NCBI GenBank assembly: GCA_947173945.1
Contig: CAMWGV010000010.1
Location: forward strand, 56-64,055
DNA: 64,000 nucleotides
Direction of reading: 5' to 3'
From: an uncultured Lachnospiraceae bacterium
GTDB lineage: Bacteria; Bacillota; Clostridia; Lachnospirales; Lachnospiraceae
The notes under the pieces are model-generated. The model saw only the letters and a list, made by a program, of their open reading frames with translations. It had not been told where the DNA came from and searched no databases. This document shows positions 19,038-29,584 of this stretch, piece by piece. The position numbers and the translations under genes are program-made. Each line of letters opens with the position of its first letter. The first letter of the stretch is position 1.

Positions 19038-20127
19038 TAAAAAAGATGTGCTTATCAATATAATGGAAGATAGAAAATTGGATGGACTGTTAATTACAGA
19101 TGGTTATAATATCCATTATCTTTCAGGATATTCGGGACATGAGGGTTGTATGCTTATAACAAAAGAGGAAGCATATATACTGACTGATTCAAGGTACACA
19201 GAACAGCTTGAAAAGCAGGCACCGGATTTTAAATGTGTAGATATAAAAGGAAAAAGCTATTCGTATAGAATAAATGAACTGCTTGGCAATGGAGCTGTCA
19301 GCTTAAACCGGAAACCCAATATTGGATTTGAGAACATGCACATATCCTATAACCAATATGATAAATTCAATCAGACATTTGGAGATACTGTAAATTTAGT
19401 AAAGCTTGATGATACAATCAATGATCTGCGAGCCGTAAAATCCGATGCTGAGCTTGAAAAGCTGGCTATGGCAGAGGCTTTAGGTGACAAGGCATTTCAT
19501 CATATTATTTCATTTATCAGAGAGGGAATGACGGAGAAAGAGGTTGCATTGGAGCTTGAATATACAATGAAAAAGCTTGGTGCAGATGGTCTTAGTTTTG
19601 ATACCATTGTTGCTTCCGGTGAAAATTCCTCCATGCCTCATGCAGCAGTGTCGGACAAGGTAATTGTCAGAGGTGATTTTATTACTATGGATTTTGGCTG
19701 TATATATGAAGGCTATTGCTCTGATATGACAAGAACGGTCATTATGGGTGATAGCGTAAGTGATAAGCAGATTGAGGTATATAATACGGTTTTAAAGGCA
19801 CAGACAGAGGCATTAAAGCTTGTTAAGCCGGGTGTTAAATGCTCGGATGTAGATGCCTGTGCAAGGCAGATTATAGCGGATGCCGGATATGGAGACTATT
19901 TTGGACATGGGTTAGGACATGGGGTTGGATTGTTTATACATGAGGAACCCAGATTTTCACCGAAATGCGATAAGGTTTTACAGCAGGGAGTATGTATAAC
20001 TGTTGAGCCGGGAATATATTTACCGGGTAAGTTTGGAGTAAGAATAGAGGACATGATAGCCATAACAGATAATGGGTATAAAAATCTGACCACATCGCCG
20101 AAGGAACTGATTCGGATTGATGTGTAA
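19030..20127 (+). CDS. Xaa-Pro aminopeptidase (M24B)
   Basis: DFGCIYEGYCSDMTRT, HGLGHGVGLFIHEEP, TVEPGIY and GVRIEDM motifs. Confidence 0.92.
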   Translation: MADKKDVLINIMEDRKLDGLLITDGYNIHYLSGYSGHEGCMLITKEEAYILTDSRYTEQLEKQAPDFKCVDIKGKSYSYRINELLGNGAVSLNRKPNIGFENMHISYNQYDKFNQTFGDTVNLVKLDDTINDLRAVKSDAELEKLAMAEALGDKAFHHIISFIREGMTEKEVALELEYTMKKLGADGLSFDTIVASGENSSMPHAAVSDKVIVRGDFITMDFGCIYEGYCSDMTRTVIMGDSVSDKQIEVYNTVLKAQTEALKLVKPGVKCSDVDACARQIIADAGYGDYFGHGLGHGVGLFIHEEPRFSPKCDKVLQQGVCITVEPGIYLPGKFGVRIEDMIAITDNGYKNLTTSPKELIRIDV

Positions 20128-20167
20128 AAGACTGATGTTCATAGTGAATCGTTGAGAGGGAAGTTGA

Positions 20168-21295
20168 ATGGAATTGAATCATATACAGACACCTGCATAT
20201 GTGATTGACAAGGATAAGCTAAAGGAAAACCTTGAATTGTTGGATTTTGTCCAAAAAAGCTCAGGAGCTAAAATTCTGCTGGCTCAAAAGGCTTTTTCCG
20301 CATATTCTCTTTACCCTGTTATTGGACAGTATCTTGCAGGAACTACTGCCAGCGGGCTGTTTGAGGCAAGGCTTGGATATGAGGAAATGAAGGGCAGAGA
20401 AGTACACGTTTATTCACCGGCATACAGTGCCGATGAAATGGAACAGCTTGTAAAATTTGCTGACCATATCGTATTTAACACGCCAACCCAATGGGAACGG
20501 TTTAAGAAAATTGTTGAAGCATCGGGGAGAAAGATAAAGTGTGGTATCAGGGTAAATCCTGAGTATTCGGAGATAGAGACAGATATTTATAACCCATGTA
20601 TATCAGGCTCAAGGCTGGGAACAAAGAAGGAACAGCTCCTGAAAATGGATTTAACAGGGATATCGGGAATACATTTTCATACTATGTGTGAGCAGGGAGC
20701 AGAGGTACTTGACAGAACATTGGATGTTGTGGAGGACAAATTTGGTGAATATCTGCATAAGCTGGAATGGATCAATATAGGTGGAGGACATCACATTACG
20801 AAGGATGGGTATAATACATCGCTCCTGATAGAGCGGGTAAAAGGACTCAGGGAAAAATACAATATAGAAGTATACATAGAGCCGGGGGAGGCCATTGCCT
20901 TAGATGCAGGATATCTCGTAACGGAAGTAAGGGAGATTATGAATAACGATATTGACATAGCCATAGTGGATACCTCTGCGGCATGTCATATGCCGGATGT
21001 GCTTGAAATGCCATATAGACCATTTATTGTGGGTTCAGGTATGGCAGGGGAAAAGAAGTATACCTATCGTTTGGGAGGACCTACATGTCTTGCAGGGGAT
21101 ATTATAGGTGATTACTCATTTGATGAGCCGCTTGAAATTGGGCAGAGACTTGTATTTACAGATATGGCAATCTATACAATGGTTAAAAATAATACATTTA
21201 ACGGGATGCCTCTTCCCTCAATTTATATAAATAGTGGTGACAAAACAGAGCTTGTAAAAAGTTTTTCTTATGAAGATTTTAAAAGCAGACTATAA
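20168..21295 (+). CDS. nspC: Carboxynorspermidine decarboxylase
   Basis: LAQKAFS, YNPCISGSRLG, IHFHTMCEQ, HMPDVLEMPY and CLAGD motifs. Confidence 0.93.
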   Translation: MELNHIQTPAYVIDKDKLKENLELLDFVQKSSGAKILLAQKAFSAYSLYPVIGQYLAGTTASGLFEARLGYEEMKGREVHVYSPAYSADEMEQLVKFADHIVFNTPTQWERFKKIVEASGRKIKCGIRVNPEYSEIETDIYNPCISGSRLGTKKEQLLKMDLTGISGIHFHTMCEQGAEVLDRTLDVVEDKFGEYLHKLEWINIGGGHHITKDGYNTSLLIERVKGLREKYNIEVYIEPGEAIALDAGYLVTEVREIMNNDIDIAIVDTSAACHMPDVLEMPYRPFIVGSGMAGEKKYTYRLGGPTCLAGDIIGDYSFDEPLEIGQRLVFTDMAIYTMVKNNTFNGMPLPSIYINSGDKTELVKSFSYEDFKSRL

Positions 21296-21385
21296 TTTTT
21301 TGCAATCCTAATTAATTTATGATACAATGACAGGTGGACATTTACTTATTTAAATTATGATAAAATGGTACAAGGGGGTTTAATC

Positions 21386-22879
21386 ATGGACGAAAATATG
21401 GCTGTCGAACAAAAGGAGATGGCAAGGAACAACCGGTTTGTATTAATTGGCTATACAATATACAATATAGTGTTGTTGGCATGTTATGTGGTTGAAGTAG
21501 TTAAGAAAAGCAGAACGATAGGATATTTTTTAATCTTTGCGGCACTTTCACTTATTCCGCTTATTTGTATGCATGTTATATACCGCAGTGATCCAAGCAG
21601 CAGATACATACGACTTATACTTGGTATAGGGTATGCTATTTTCTACTCATTTACAGTTTTTACCACATATTCACCTGTAGCATTTGTATATGGAATCCTT
21701 ATATCATTATTTGTTCTTGTATATGGTGATGTGGCATATACAAAAAAAATGGGATGGGGACTTTTTACGATTAATATTTTGAATGTTGCATATATGCAAA
21801 TCCAGGGGAAAATTTCATCGGAAGATTTACCTAATGTGGAAATACGAATTGGATTTGTAGTTTTATACCTTGTGTTTATGGTATTTATGTCTAACACAAT
21901 GCTTAAAAACAATAATGACAAGCTGGCTAAGATAGAAGCGGACAAAGCAAGAGTTTCTGATATGCTGAACCAGATAATGGAGATATCTGCCCGTATGACA
22001 GGAGATATACATGTAGTATCAGAGAAGATGGGGGACCTTAAAGATTCTTTTGTAAAAACCAAGGTTTCTATGGAGGAAGTTTCTAATGGAACAAATGATA
22101 CGGCATATTCGATTCAATCCCAGCTTATGAAGACGGAAGAAATTCAGGACTTTGTACACAAGGTTGAAGATGTATCCGGTCAGATTGAAAGAGGCATGGA
22201 GGATACAAATGCTGAGATATCTGTGGGACGGGAAAAAGTAGACGAACTCATAAATCAGGTTAAGGTTTCTGATGATGCAAGTAAAAAGGTTTCAGCAGAG
22301 CTTGATAAGCTTTCTGAATACACCGGACAAATGCAGTCCATCATAGAGCTTATAGATGGTATAACATCACAGACAAGTTTGCTTGCACTTAATGCATCTA
22401 TTGAGGCAGCAAGAGTAGGAGAAGCAGGAAAGGGATTTGCGGTAGTTGCATCGGAGATATCAAATCTTGCAGATCAGACTCAAAATGCTACAGTTGACAT
22501 TACGGATCTGATTGAGAACATTTCACAGGAGCTTGAATTAGTTGTAAATGTAATCAGTCATCTTATGGATAACAGTAAGCTTCAGGGAGTAGCAGCAACA
22601 GAAACTGCATCAAGCTTTGAGACGATAGCAATACGCACAAGTGATATACAGCAACAGACAGAGGAGCTTTCAGAGCTTGTTTCAGAGTTGGCAAGCTCAA
22701 ATGAAGCAATTGTTGAAAGCATCCAGACAATATCGGCTGCAACAGAGGAGGTTACTGCACATTCAAGTGTTACTCTTGAATGCAGTGAGGAAAACACAGC
22801 TATTGTAGGTGATGTTGGAACAGTGGTTGATGAGCTTCAGACGCTTGCAGAAAGGTTAAATGCTTTAAACAACAATTAA
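21386..22879 (+). CDS. Methyl-accepting chemotaxis protein
   Basis: Multi-TM N-terminus; signalling hairpin [30 protein letters not shown]. Confidence 0.93.
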   Translation: MDENMAVEQKEMARNNRFVLIGYTIYNIVLLACYVVEVVKKSRTIGYFLIFAALSLIPLICMHVIYRSDPSSRYIRLILGIGYAIFYSFTVFTTYSPVAFVYGILISLFVLVYGDVAYTKKMGWGLFTINILNVAYMQIQGKISSEDLPNVEIRIGFVVLYLVFMVFMSNTMLKNNNDKLAKIEADKARVSDMLNQIMEISARMTGDIHVVSEKMGDLKDSFVKTKVSMEEVSNGTNDTAYSIQSQLMKTEEIQDFVHKVEDVSGQIERGMEDTNAEISVGREKVDELINQVKVSDDASKKVSAELDKLSEYTGQMQSIIELIDGITSQTSLLALNASIEAARVGEAGKGFAVVASEISNLADQTQNATVDITDLIENISQELELVVNVISHLMDNSKLQGVAATETASSFETIAIRTSDIQQQTEELSELVSELASSNEAIVESIQTISAATEEVTAHSSVTLECSEENTAIVGDVGTVVDELQTLAERLNALNNN

Positions 22880-22888
22880 GGGCATAAA

Positions 22889-23260
22889 ATGAGTGGCAAA
22901 TCACAAACATTTATAAAAAAGTATATGGCGGATTTTATATTGATTGTGGTAGTTATGGTAGTCGGAATAGCTGCATTGCTTATACAAAAACAGCTGATGA
23001 AAACAGGGAAAACGGTGCATGTTATCATAGCCGGAAATGAAACACAAAGCTTTTCATTGGATGATGATATGGAGTATAAGATAGAGACAGATGATACCAG
23101 ACCTGCCAAAGAATATAATATTCTTGTGATAAAGGATGGGAAAGCATACATATCAGAGGCTACCTGTGGGGAACAGATATGTGTGAAGCATAATGCCATA
23201 AGTAATACAGGAGAAACAATCGTGTGCCTGCCACACAAGCTTACAGTGGAAATAAAATAA
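22889..23260 (+). CDS. NusG domain II-containing (DUF1312-like) membrane-anchored protein
   Basis: N-terminal TM helix; ATCGEQICV...IVCLPHKL motif. Confidence 0.85.
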   Translation: MSGKSQTFIKKYMADFILIVVVMVVGIAALLIQKQLMKTGKTVHVIIAGNETQSFSLDDDMEYKIETDDTRPAKEYNILVIKDGKAYISEATCGEQICVKHNAISNTGETIVCLPHKLTVEIK

Positions 23261-23444
23261 CATACGAAGAACGGTTACATTAAAAATCATAATATAATAA
23301 TGGATCGTACAAAATAAGTACAGAGGAGTTTATGGAAAAACTGTAATCACCTCTGTATTTCCTTTTCTATTTTTAATATAAAAACGATAGATATTGATAT
23401 AGTAAAAAAAACCAAAATAGGATATAATATGCCCTAAGGAGGGA

Positions 23445-23545
23445 CCCAACGAAGTTGGGAGGATATAGCAAGGTCCGAAGGACCGTGCCACAGCGAAGCT
23501 AGGAGGATATAGCAAGGTCCGAAGGACCGTGCCACAACGAAGTTG
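23445..23545 (+). repeat. 44-bp tandem direct repeat built from C-GAA-G triloop hairpins (REP-like)
   Basis: Copies at 23458-23501 and 23502-23545 differ at 3 positions. Hairpins: cccaac-gaa-gttggg, ggtcc-gaa-ggacc (x2), agc-gaa-gct, caac-gaa-gttg. Confidence 0.9.
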
Positions 23546-23569
23546 ATTTTTTGAAGGAGAAATATATTT

Positions 23570-24223
23570 ATGGATAAAAGTGTTTTTAGAAATATGTCAT
23601 ATGGTGTTTATATCGTAACAACGATGGATGGTATGCGTCCAACAGGCTGTGTTGCAAACAGCTGTATGCAAATCACATCGGATCCGTCAGTAGTTGCGGT
23701 CAGTATAAATCATGATAATTACACAAATAAGTGCATAAGCGAGTCTAAAAGTCTTGCTGTAAATATTTTAACAGAACAGACAGACATGACATTGATTGGC
23801 AGATTTGGATTTCAGTCTGCAAAGGATATAGACAAGTTTGAGGGGATAGCTTTTGAATGGGCATATGGCAATCCGGTTTTTACAGATAGCTGTGGCTGGT
23901 TTGCCGGTGATGTGATAGGCAGCTATGAGACCAGCACACATACTGTATTTTTTGTTGAGGTAAAGGATGCAAAGTCACTGCCGGGAACACCTATGACCTA
24001 TGCATATTATCATAAGGTAAAAAATGGAACGAGCCCTAAAAATGCACCTACGTATCAGGCAGATGAGCCTGCGGAAAGCAGTTTGGAAGCTGCTTCGGCT
24101 TCAAGGTGGATTTGTTCAATATGTGGATATATTTATGAGGGAGATGTACCATTTGAGGAGCTTCCGGATGATTGGGTGTGTCCTGTTTGCAAGCAGCCTA
24201 AATCAGTGTTTAAAAAGGGCTAA
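23570..24223 (+). CDS. Flavin reductase-like protein with C-terminal rubredoxin domain
   Basis: [28 protein letters not shown]; [10 protein letters not shown]...WVCPVCK rubredoxin motif. Confidence 0.9.
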   Translation: MDKSVFRNMSYGVYIVTTMDGMRPTGCVANSCMQITSDPSVVAVSINHDNYTNKCISESKSLAVNILTEQTDMTLIGRFGFQSAKDIDKFEGIAFEWAYGNPVFTDSCGWFAGDVIGSYETSTHTVFFVEVKDAKSLPGTPMTYAYYHKVKNGTSPKNAPTYQADEPAESSLEAASASRWICSICGYIYEGDVPFEELPDDWVCPVCKQPKSVFKKG

Positions 24224-24254
24224 GAAGATTTACTTGATTGAGGAGAAATATGAT

Positions 24255-24521
24255 ATGTATTATGTACCGGATGATACGGAAAAATGTGGCTATTATGAGT
24301 GTTCCTGCTGTAGAACAAGATTTTTATCATTGCAGACCATGAATGAAATTCCATGTCCCTATTGTGAGGCTGACATTGATTTGGAAATAGGACCTGATGA
24401 GGATATGGCAAAGCTGACAGATAGTGCCAAGCTGATAAAAGTAGTTTGTGGTGAGGACGTTGAGAAAATGGATGCGTTGCTTAGTCTTGCTATTACGGGA
24501 GGAAATTACGAATGGATATAG
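24255..24521 (+). CDS. Small Zn-ribbon-like hypothetical protein (88 aa)
   Basis: RBS gaggag before ATG 24255; CSCC...CPYC motifs. The track start at 24024 overlaps the previous gene. Confidence 0.7.
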   Translation: MYYVPDDTEKCGYYECSCCRTRFLSLQTMNEIPCPYCEADIDLEIGPDEDMAKLTDSAKLIKVVCGEDVEKMDALLSLAITGGNYEWI

Positions 24522-25411
24522 TTAAGATTGCAGTCTTAGGTCCAAAGGGAACATTTAGCGACATGGCATATATGGAGTACAGGCAATTAGTTTTGGAGCG
24601 TTTCAGAGATAAGGGTGATAAGCTTTGCATTGAAGCTGAATATTATCCGACCATTGATGAAGTTTTTAATGCCGTGTGTGATGATGCCGGAAATGGTGTG
24701 TGCGATATGGGAATTGTCCCGATTGAAAATACACTTGACGGTTATGTTCAGAGGACATTGGATTTACTGTTAGAAAAACAGGTTGGTATATTAGATGAGC
24801 ATACAGTGCCTGTGCAATTTGCATTAGTTGCAAATGGTGCATCTACAGAGGAAATATCTACACTTTATGTTCAGTTTAAAGCAAATGGACAGTGCAGAAA
24901 ATTTATTAATTCCTTAAATAATGTGAATATTGTGTCAACAGAAAGCAATATGGAATCTTATTATAAGCTTAAGGATATACAGGGAAATGCTGCAATTGTT
25001 CCAAGTCATGTGGCATCATGGGAAAAGAACAGTGACAGTAACCGGCTTGTGCAAGAGGGCATAACAGATGCAGAAAATAATTACACAAGATTTGTCGTGT
25101 TTAAAAAAGAGGACAAGGTGAGCTTTAATGGATATGTTACGAAAAATAAAGTGAGAATTCCAGTTTACATAATGCCGAAGTCCGACAGACCCGGACTGTT
25201 ATTTGAGATATTGAAGGAATTTTATGATAAGGACATAAACCTGATATCAATTATGTCAAGACCGACCAAGCAGGAGCTGGGTACATATAACTTTTATATT
25301 GAGATAGATGGGTATGCCAGTACCATAAGTACAATTAAGGAGGCACTTGCCAACATAAAGGTATATAATGATATAAAGGTTTTAGGTATATATGAAGAAG
25401 ACGGTATTTAA
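24512..25411 (+). CDS. pheA: Prephenate dehydratase with ACT domain
   Basis: AVLGPKGTFS, VPIENTLDG, NYTRF, DRPGLL, ISIMSRPTK and YNFYIEIDG motifs. Confidence 0.9.
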   Translation: MDIVKIAVLGPKGTFSDMAYMEYRQLVLERFRDKGDKLCIEAEYYPTIDEVFNAVCDDAGNGVCDMGIVPIENTLDGYVQRTLDLLLEKQVGILDEHTVPVQFALVANGASTEEISTLYVQFKANGQCRKFINSLNNVNIVSTESNMESYYKLKDIQGNAAIVPSHVASWEKNSDSNRLVQEGITDAENNYTRFVVFKKEDKVSFNGYVTKNKVRIPVYIMPKSDRPGLLFEILKEFYDKDINLISIMSRPTKQELGTYNFYIEIDGYASTISTIKEALANIKVYNDIKVLGIYEEDGI

Positions 25412-25445
25412 TCGGTTCAAATTGGAAGGAATGGAGGCAAAAAGG

Positions 25446-25994
25446 ATGGATGGTTTTAAAGGTTACATATATGACCTTAGAAAGGGACATGGAGTCAGGC
25501 TCCTTATGCTTATTTTAGGTATCCTGTTCACTGCATTTCCCGGAACAGCACAAAAAGTGCTGGGAACTGTTATAGCTATCGTATTCGTCGTGCTGGGAGT
25601 AGTTAAAATACTTAGTTATTTCAGGAAACCGCAGGAAAATATTTATGGTTATATGGAATACAATTCAAAATCGGTTATAGTTATCGGTGTTCTGTATATT
25701 GTACTTGCTGCGTTGATAAGCAAGGTACTTTTGGCTGTTATACCTGTCGTTCTTGGAATTATCATTATGACAAACGGGCTGATAAAGCTTCAGTTTGGTT
25801 TTGAAATTAAGAGAAATTCTGATGACAATGGCTGGTTATTTATGATAGTTACATCAATTATTATGATAGCACTGGGTGCAGCATTGCTTTTTAATCCATT
25901 TAAGGCTAATAATTTCTTCATTAGAATTATAGGTATTGGTCTTCTTTTTGACAGTGTTTTTGATTTGATTGCCAATTTCAAATACTCAAAATAA
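25446..25994 (+). CDS. DUF308/HdeD-like membrane protein
   Basis: Six short TM helices with a repeated GxxxI pattern; RBS ggagg before ATG 25446. Confidence 0.65.
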   Translation: MDGFKGYIYDLRKGHGVRLLMLILGILFTAFPGTAQKVLGTVIAIVFVVLGVVKILSYFRKPQENIYGYMEYNSKSVIVIGVLYIVLAALISKVLLAVIPVVLGIIIMTNGLIKLQFGFEIKRNSDDNGWLFMIVTSIIMIALGAALLFNPFKANNFFIRIIGIGLLFDSVFDLIANFKYSK

Positions 25995-26044
25995 TGTGCA
26001 GGAAAGCAGAACTTACAAAATGACATGGATGAGGAGGTTGTCAG

Positions 26045-26488
26045 ATGTCAGGAGAGGAAAACAGAGAGCTTGGATGTATTGCACTTTCTGAGCAAGAAAT
26101 TATTTTGCGACTTAAGGAAAAAGGTTTTAGAATGACTGCACCAAGAAAGCTTATTGTAAATATAGTGGCAAATGAAGAATTCTCATGTTGTAAAGAGGTA
26201 TATTTTCTTGCTCATAAAAGGGACTCTAGTATTGGAATAGCAACGGTCTACAGAATGATAAACGTTCTGGAAGAAATAGGTGCTGTAAGCAAAAAAAATA
26301 TACATAAAACAAACTGTAACGGAAGATGCTGTGATATGAAGGGCGGTTGTACCGTTGTCACTGACAAGAGTAAACATATTATTTTATCTGAAGCAGATGT
26401 TGAAGAAGCGCTAAGGTACATTATGAAGAAAAACGGGTATAATGATGTTGAGGAAATAAAAGCGGTTTTTGCAAATCATAATGTGTAA
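26045..26488 (+). CDS. Fur-family transcriptional regulator (atypical, Cys-rich)
   Basis: GFRMTAPRKLI and SIGIATVYRMINVLEEIG motifs. Confidence 0.85.
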   Translation: MSGEENRELGCIALSEQEIILRLKEKGFRMTAPRKLIVNIVANEEFSCCKEVYFLAHKRDSSIGIATVYRMINVLEEIGAVSKKNIHKTNCNGRCCDMKGGCTVVTDKSKHIILSEADVEEALRYIMKKNGYNDVEEIKAVFANHNV

Positions 26489-26505
26489 ATGTGGAGGTAC
26501 ATAGA

Positions 26506-27078
26506 ATGGGTCTTATAGAATTATTTATTCTTGCTGTAGGGCTTTCCATGGATGCATTTGCGGTATCTGTTTGTAAGGGGCTTGCTACCAAGAGCATAAA
26601 TGTTAAACAAATGGTTCTGGCAGGTGTATGGTTTGGAGGCTTTCAGGCATTGATGCCTGTTATCGGATATTTACTTGGACAGGCATTTGCAGGTGCAATA
26701 AAAAAATATGACCATTGGGTTGCGTTTGTTCTGCTGGTCTTTATTGGCGGAAATATGATAAGAGAAGCATTTTCTGACGGAGATGACAGTAATGAGTCAA
26801 ATGATTCATTTGGTGCAAGGACAATGCTTATTATGGCAGTTGCCACAAGCATAGATGCACTTGCGGTTGGTGTAACTTTTGCATTTTTGCAGGTGAATAT
26901 ATTTGCTGCGGTTACCATGATAGGCGTGACTACCTTTACACTGTCATTTGTGGGAGTGAAGGTAGGAAATGTCTTTGGTGCAAAATATGAAAAAAAGGCA
27001 GAATTGTCCGGCGGAATCATTCTGATTCTTATAGGTCTGAAAATCTTGTTGGAGCATCTTGGAATAATCAACTTTTAA
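26506..27078 (+). CDS. mntP: Manganese efflux pump MntP
   Basis: GLSMDAFAVS, FGGFQALMP and ATSIDALAVG motifs; RBS ggagg. Confidence 0.92.
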   Translation: MGLIELFILAVGLSMDAFAVSVCKGLATKSINVKQMVLAGVWFGGFQALMPVIGYLLGQAFAGAIKKYDHWVAFVLLVFIGGNMIREAFSDGDDSNESNDSFGARTMLIMAVATSIDALAVGVTFAFLQVNIFAAVTMIGVTTFTLSFVGVKVGNVFGAKYEKKAELSGGIILILIGLKILLEHLGIINF

Positions 27079-27082
27079 TTAT

Positions 27083-28162
27083 TTAAGCTCCGCAAATAAC
27101 ACCGCCACCTACCACAATATCATCATCATATAGAACAACAGACTGCCCCTTTGTTATGGCACGCTGTGGTTCGTCAAATTCCACATGTATGGTATCGGAA
27201 TCAATCTGGGTTACAGTTGCCCATTGTTCCTTATGTCGGTATCTAGCCTTTGCCTTGACGCGCATTGGCTCGCTTATTTCTGACACAGAAATAAGATTAA
27301 TGTTTTTTGCAGTCAGTGAGCGGGAAAAAAGCTCCTCATGGCGTGCAAGTGTTACTGTATTTGTGAAAGGGTCAACATGGGATACATACATAGGCTGTGG
27401 GAAGGAAAGTCCCAGTCCCTTACGCTGCCCTATGGTGTAACGTATGATTCCTCTATGGGTACCGAGAACGTTACCTTCTGTATCAATAAAGTTACCCTCA
27501 GGATATGTTTTGCCTGTATATTGTTCTATAAAATCAGCATAGCGTCCGTCCGGTATAAAGCATATATCCTGACTGTCGCTTTTTTTTGCGTTTGTAAAAC
27601 CATTTTCCTCAGCAAGTGCGCGAACCTCTGCCTTTGTCATTGAACCCAGTGGGAAAAGGGCATGGGAAAGCTGTTCCTGAGTAAGGGAATAAAGAACATA
27701 GCTTTGGTCTTTTGTTATGTCAGATGCCTTTTTTAATTCGTATCTGCCTGTCGTCTCGTTTCGGCTTATCCGGGCATAGTGCCCTGTGGCTATAAAGTCA
27801 TAGCCAAGCTCCCTGCTGCGGCGGAAAAGCTCTTCAAACTTAAGATGTCGGTTGCATTCGATACATGGATTGGGTGTCATTCCATTTTCATAGGCGAAAA
27901 CGAACCTGTCTATTACACATTCCTTAAATCTTGTTGAAAAATTAAAAACAGAAAAAGGTATGCCAAGCCTGTTTGCGATATGTTCCGCATCCATAATATC
28001 CTGTGAGGTAGTGCATGAATTGGGTTCGGATATTTCAATATCACTGCCATGATAAAGGCTCATTGTTGCACCCATGCATTCGTAGCCCGACTGCTTTACA
28101 AGATATGCTGTTACACTGGAATCAACGCCTCCACTCATGGCTATAAGTGCTTTCTTATTCAT
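27083..28162 (-). CDS. mnmA: tRNA-specific 2-thiouridylase
   Basis: AMSGGVDSS, PNPCIECN, ATGHYA, KDQSY, DSQDICF and TIGQRKGL motifs. Confidence 0.97.
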   Translation of the reverse strand: MNKKALIAMSGGVDSSVTAYLVKQSGYECMGATMSLYHGSDIEISEPNSCTTSQDIMDAEHIANRLGIPFSVFNFSTRFKECVIDRFVFAYENGMTPNPCIECNRHLKFEELFRRSRELGYDFIATGHYARISRNETTGRYELKKASDITKDQSYVLYSLTQEQLSHALFPLGSMTKAEVRALAEENGFTNAKKSDSQDICFIPDGRYADFIEQYTGKTYPEGNFIDTEGNVLGTHRGIIRYTIGQRKGLGLSFPQPMYVSHVDPFTNTVTLARHEELFSRSLTAKNINLISVSEISEPMRVKAKARYRHKEQWATVTQIDSDTIHVEFDEPQRAITKGQSVVLYDDDIVVGGGVICGA

Positions 28163-28249
28163 GGTATACCTCCTCATTTTATGGTATAATAAGTCAACAA
28201 TCATTCTATGACATTTTTAAACAGATGGCAAGTCACAGGAGGAAAATAT

Positions 28250-28741
28250 ATGGCTGACAAGGGAAAACTTGAAAATGAAAAGACGAACGTAATGAGAATA
28301 TTGGATAGTAAGAAAATAAAATACAACAGCTATTGCTATGTGGAAACAGGGGAGACAAATGGTGAGAAGGTGGCAGCCATACTTGGACAAAATCCGGACT
28401 GTGTATTTAAGACTCTTGTTACTGTTGGAAAAACAGGAACAAACTATGTGTTTGTCATTCCTGTAAATAAAGAGCTGGATTTGAAAAAGGCGGCAAAGTC
28501 TGTTGGAGAAAAATCCATACAGATGCTTGCGGCAAAGGAGCTTCTTCCATTGACCGGTTATATACATGGGGGATGCTCACCAATAGGTATGAAGAAATTC
28601 TTCAAAACCACCGTACATGAGACCGCAAGAGAATGTGACAGCATTTATTTTAGTGCAGGCAAAGTTGGATATCAGGTCAATGTGACCTGTGATGACCTCG
28701 CAAAGGTTATAAAATTTCAGTTTGCCGATGTGATTGTTTAA
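28250..28741 (+). CDS. ybaK: Cys-tRNA(Pro) deacylase
   Basis: KTNVMRIL, VFKTLV, TGYIHGGCSPIGMKK and SAGKVG motifs. Confidence 0.93.
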   Translation: MADKGKLENEKTNVMRILDSKKIKYNSYCYVETGETNGEKVAAILGQNPDCVFKTLVTVGKTGTNYVFVIPVNKELDLKKAAKSVGEKSIQMLAAKELLPLTGYIHGGCSPIGMKKFFKTTVHETARECDSIYFSAGKVGYQVNVTCDDLAKVIKFQFADVIV

Positions 28742-28747
28742 CATGAC

Positions 28748-29584
28748 TTAAAGCTTTTTTATGTCCTCAAGCAGCTTGTAATGAACTCTCATATTACCGC
28801 GGCCGGCACCGAGTCTGATATTTGGCTTTATTATTCCGTGGAAGTCTGAGCCTCCGGAAATTTTAAGGTCAAGACCGGCTGCTATCTGGCGGAGTCTGTC
28901 GCTTTCATATGCATTGTTTGAGGAGTGGTATGCCTCAAGTCCTTTTAGTCCCAAAGATTTTAGATAAATAAGCAACTCCTCTATCTGGGAATAGCCAAGG
29001 TGGTAGAGAAGTGGGTGTGCAAGAAAGGATGCCTTGCTGTATTTTGTCAGGATGTTCATAGCTGTTTCACAGGTTACCTGCGGTTTTGGCAGGTAATATT
29101 TACAGCCAATACCGATGTATTTTCTGAACGCAGTATCCTTATCCTTACAGATTCCTTCCTCTACAAGCACTCTTGCGAAGTGTGCCCTTGTAATTACACT
29201 GTCGGGATTTCCGTGCAAAAGCTTTTCCATTGTTACGTTTAATCCGTCCTTTTGCATAAGCTCCACCATTTTAATATTTCTGCCTTCTCTGGCTTCCTTC
29301 AAAACCTTAAGCTCACGGTTAAGCTCAGGATTTTCGTAGTCAACGTAAAAACCGAGTATGTGAACCTCACGATTTTGGTAATAGCAGGAAAGCTCAATTC
29401 CGGGAACAACCTCCAATTGCCTGTCCTTTGTATAGTCTATGATTTCAGCTATGCCGTCAATTGTGTCGTGGTCCGTAAGTGCAATTGCTTTAAGACCTGC
29501 ATCTATTGCAAGGTCAGCAACCTGTGATGGTGTAAATGAACCGTCAGAGGCATTTGAATGTACATGTAAATCTATTAAATCCAT
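28748..29584 (-). CDS. PHP-domain metal-dependent phosphoesterase
   Basis: DLHVHSNASDG, ALTDHDT, PGIELS, LAHP and GGSDFHG motifs. Confidence 0.92.
   Translation of the reverse strand: MDLIDLHVHSNASDGSFTPSQVADLAIDAGLKAIALTDHDTIDGIAEIIDYTKDRQLEVVPGIELSCYYQNREVHILGFYVDYENPELNRELKVLKEAREGRNIKMVELMQKDGLNVTMEKLLHGNPDSVITRAHFARVLVEEGICKDKDTAFRKYIGIGCKYYLPKPQVTCETAMNILTKYSKASFLAHPLLYHLGYSQIEELLIYLKSLGLKGLEAYHSSNNAYESDRLRQIAAGLDLKISGGSDFHGIIKPNIRLGAGRGNMRVHYKLLEDIKKL

Noticed and set aside
23445-23545. CRISPR array
   Set aside because: The repeats are directly adjacent with no unique spacers, there are only about 2.3 units, and no cas genes are present
24024-24254. N-terminal extension of the 165-aa track ORF
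   Set aside because: It overlaps the rubredoxin domain of the upstream gene in another frame; a good RBS supports ATG 24255
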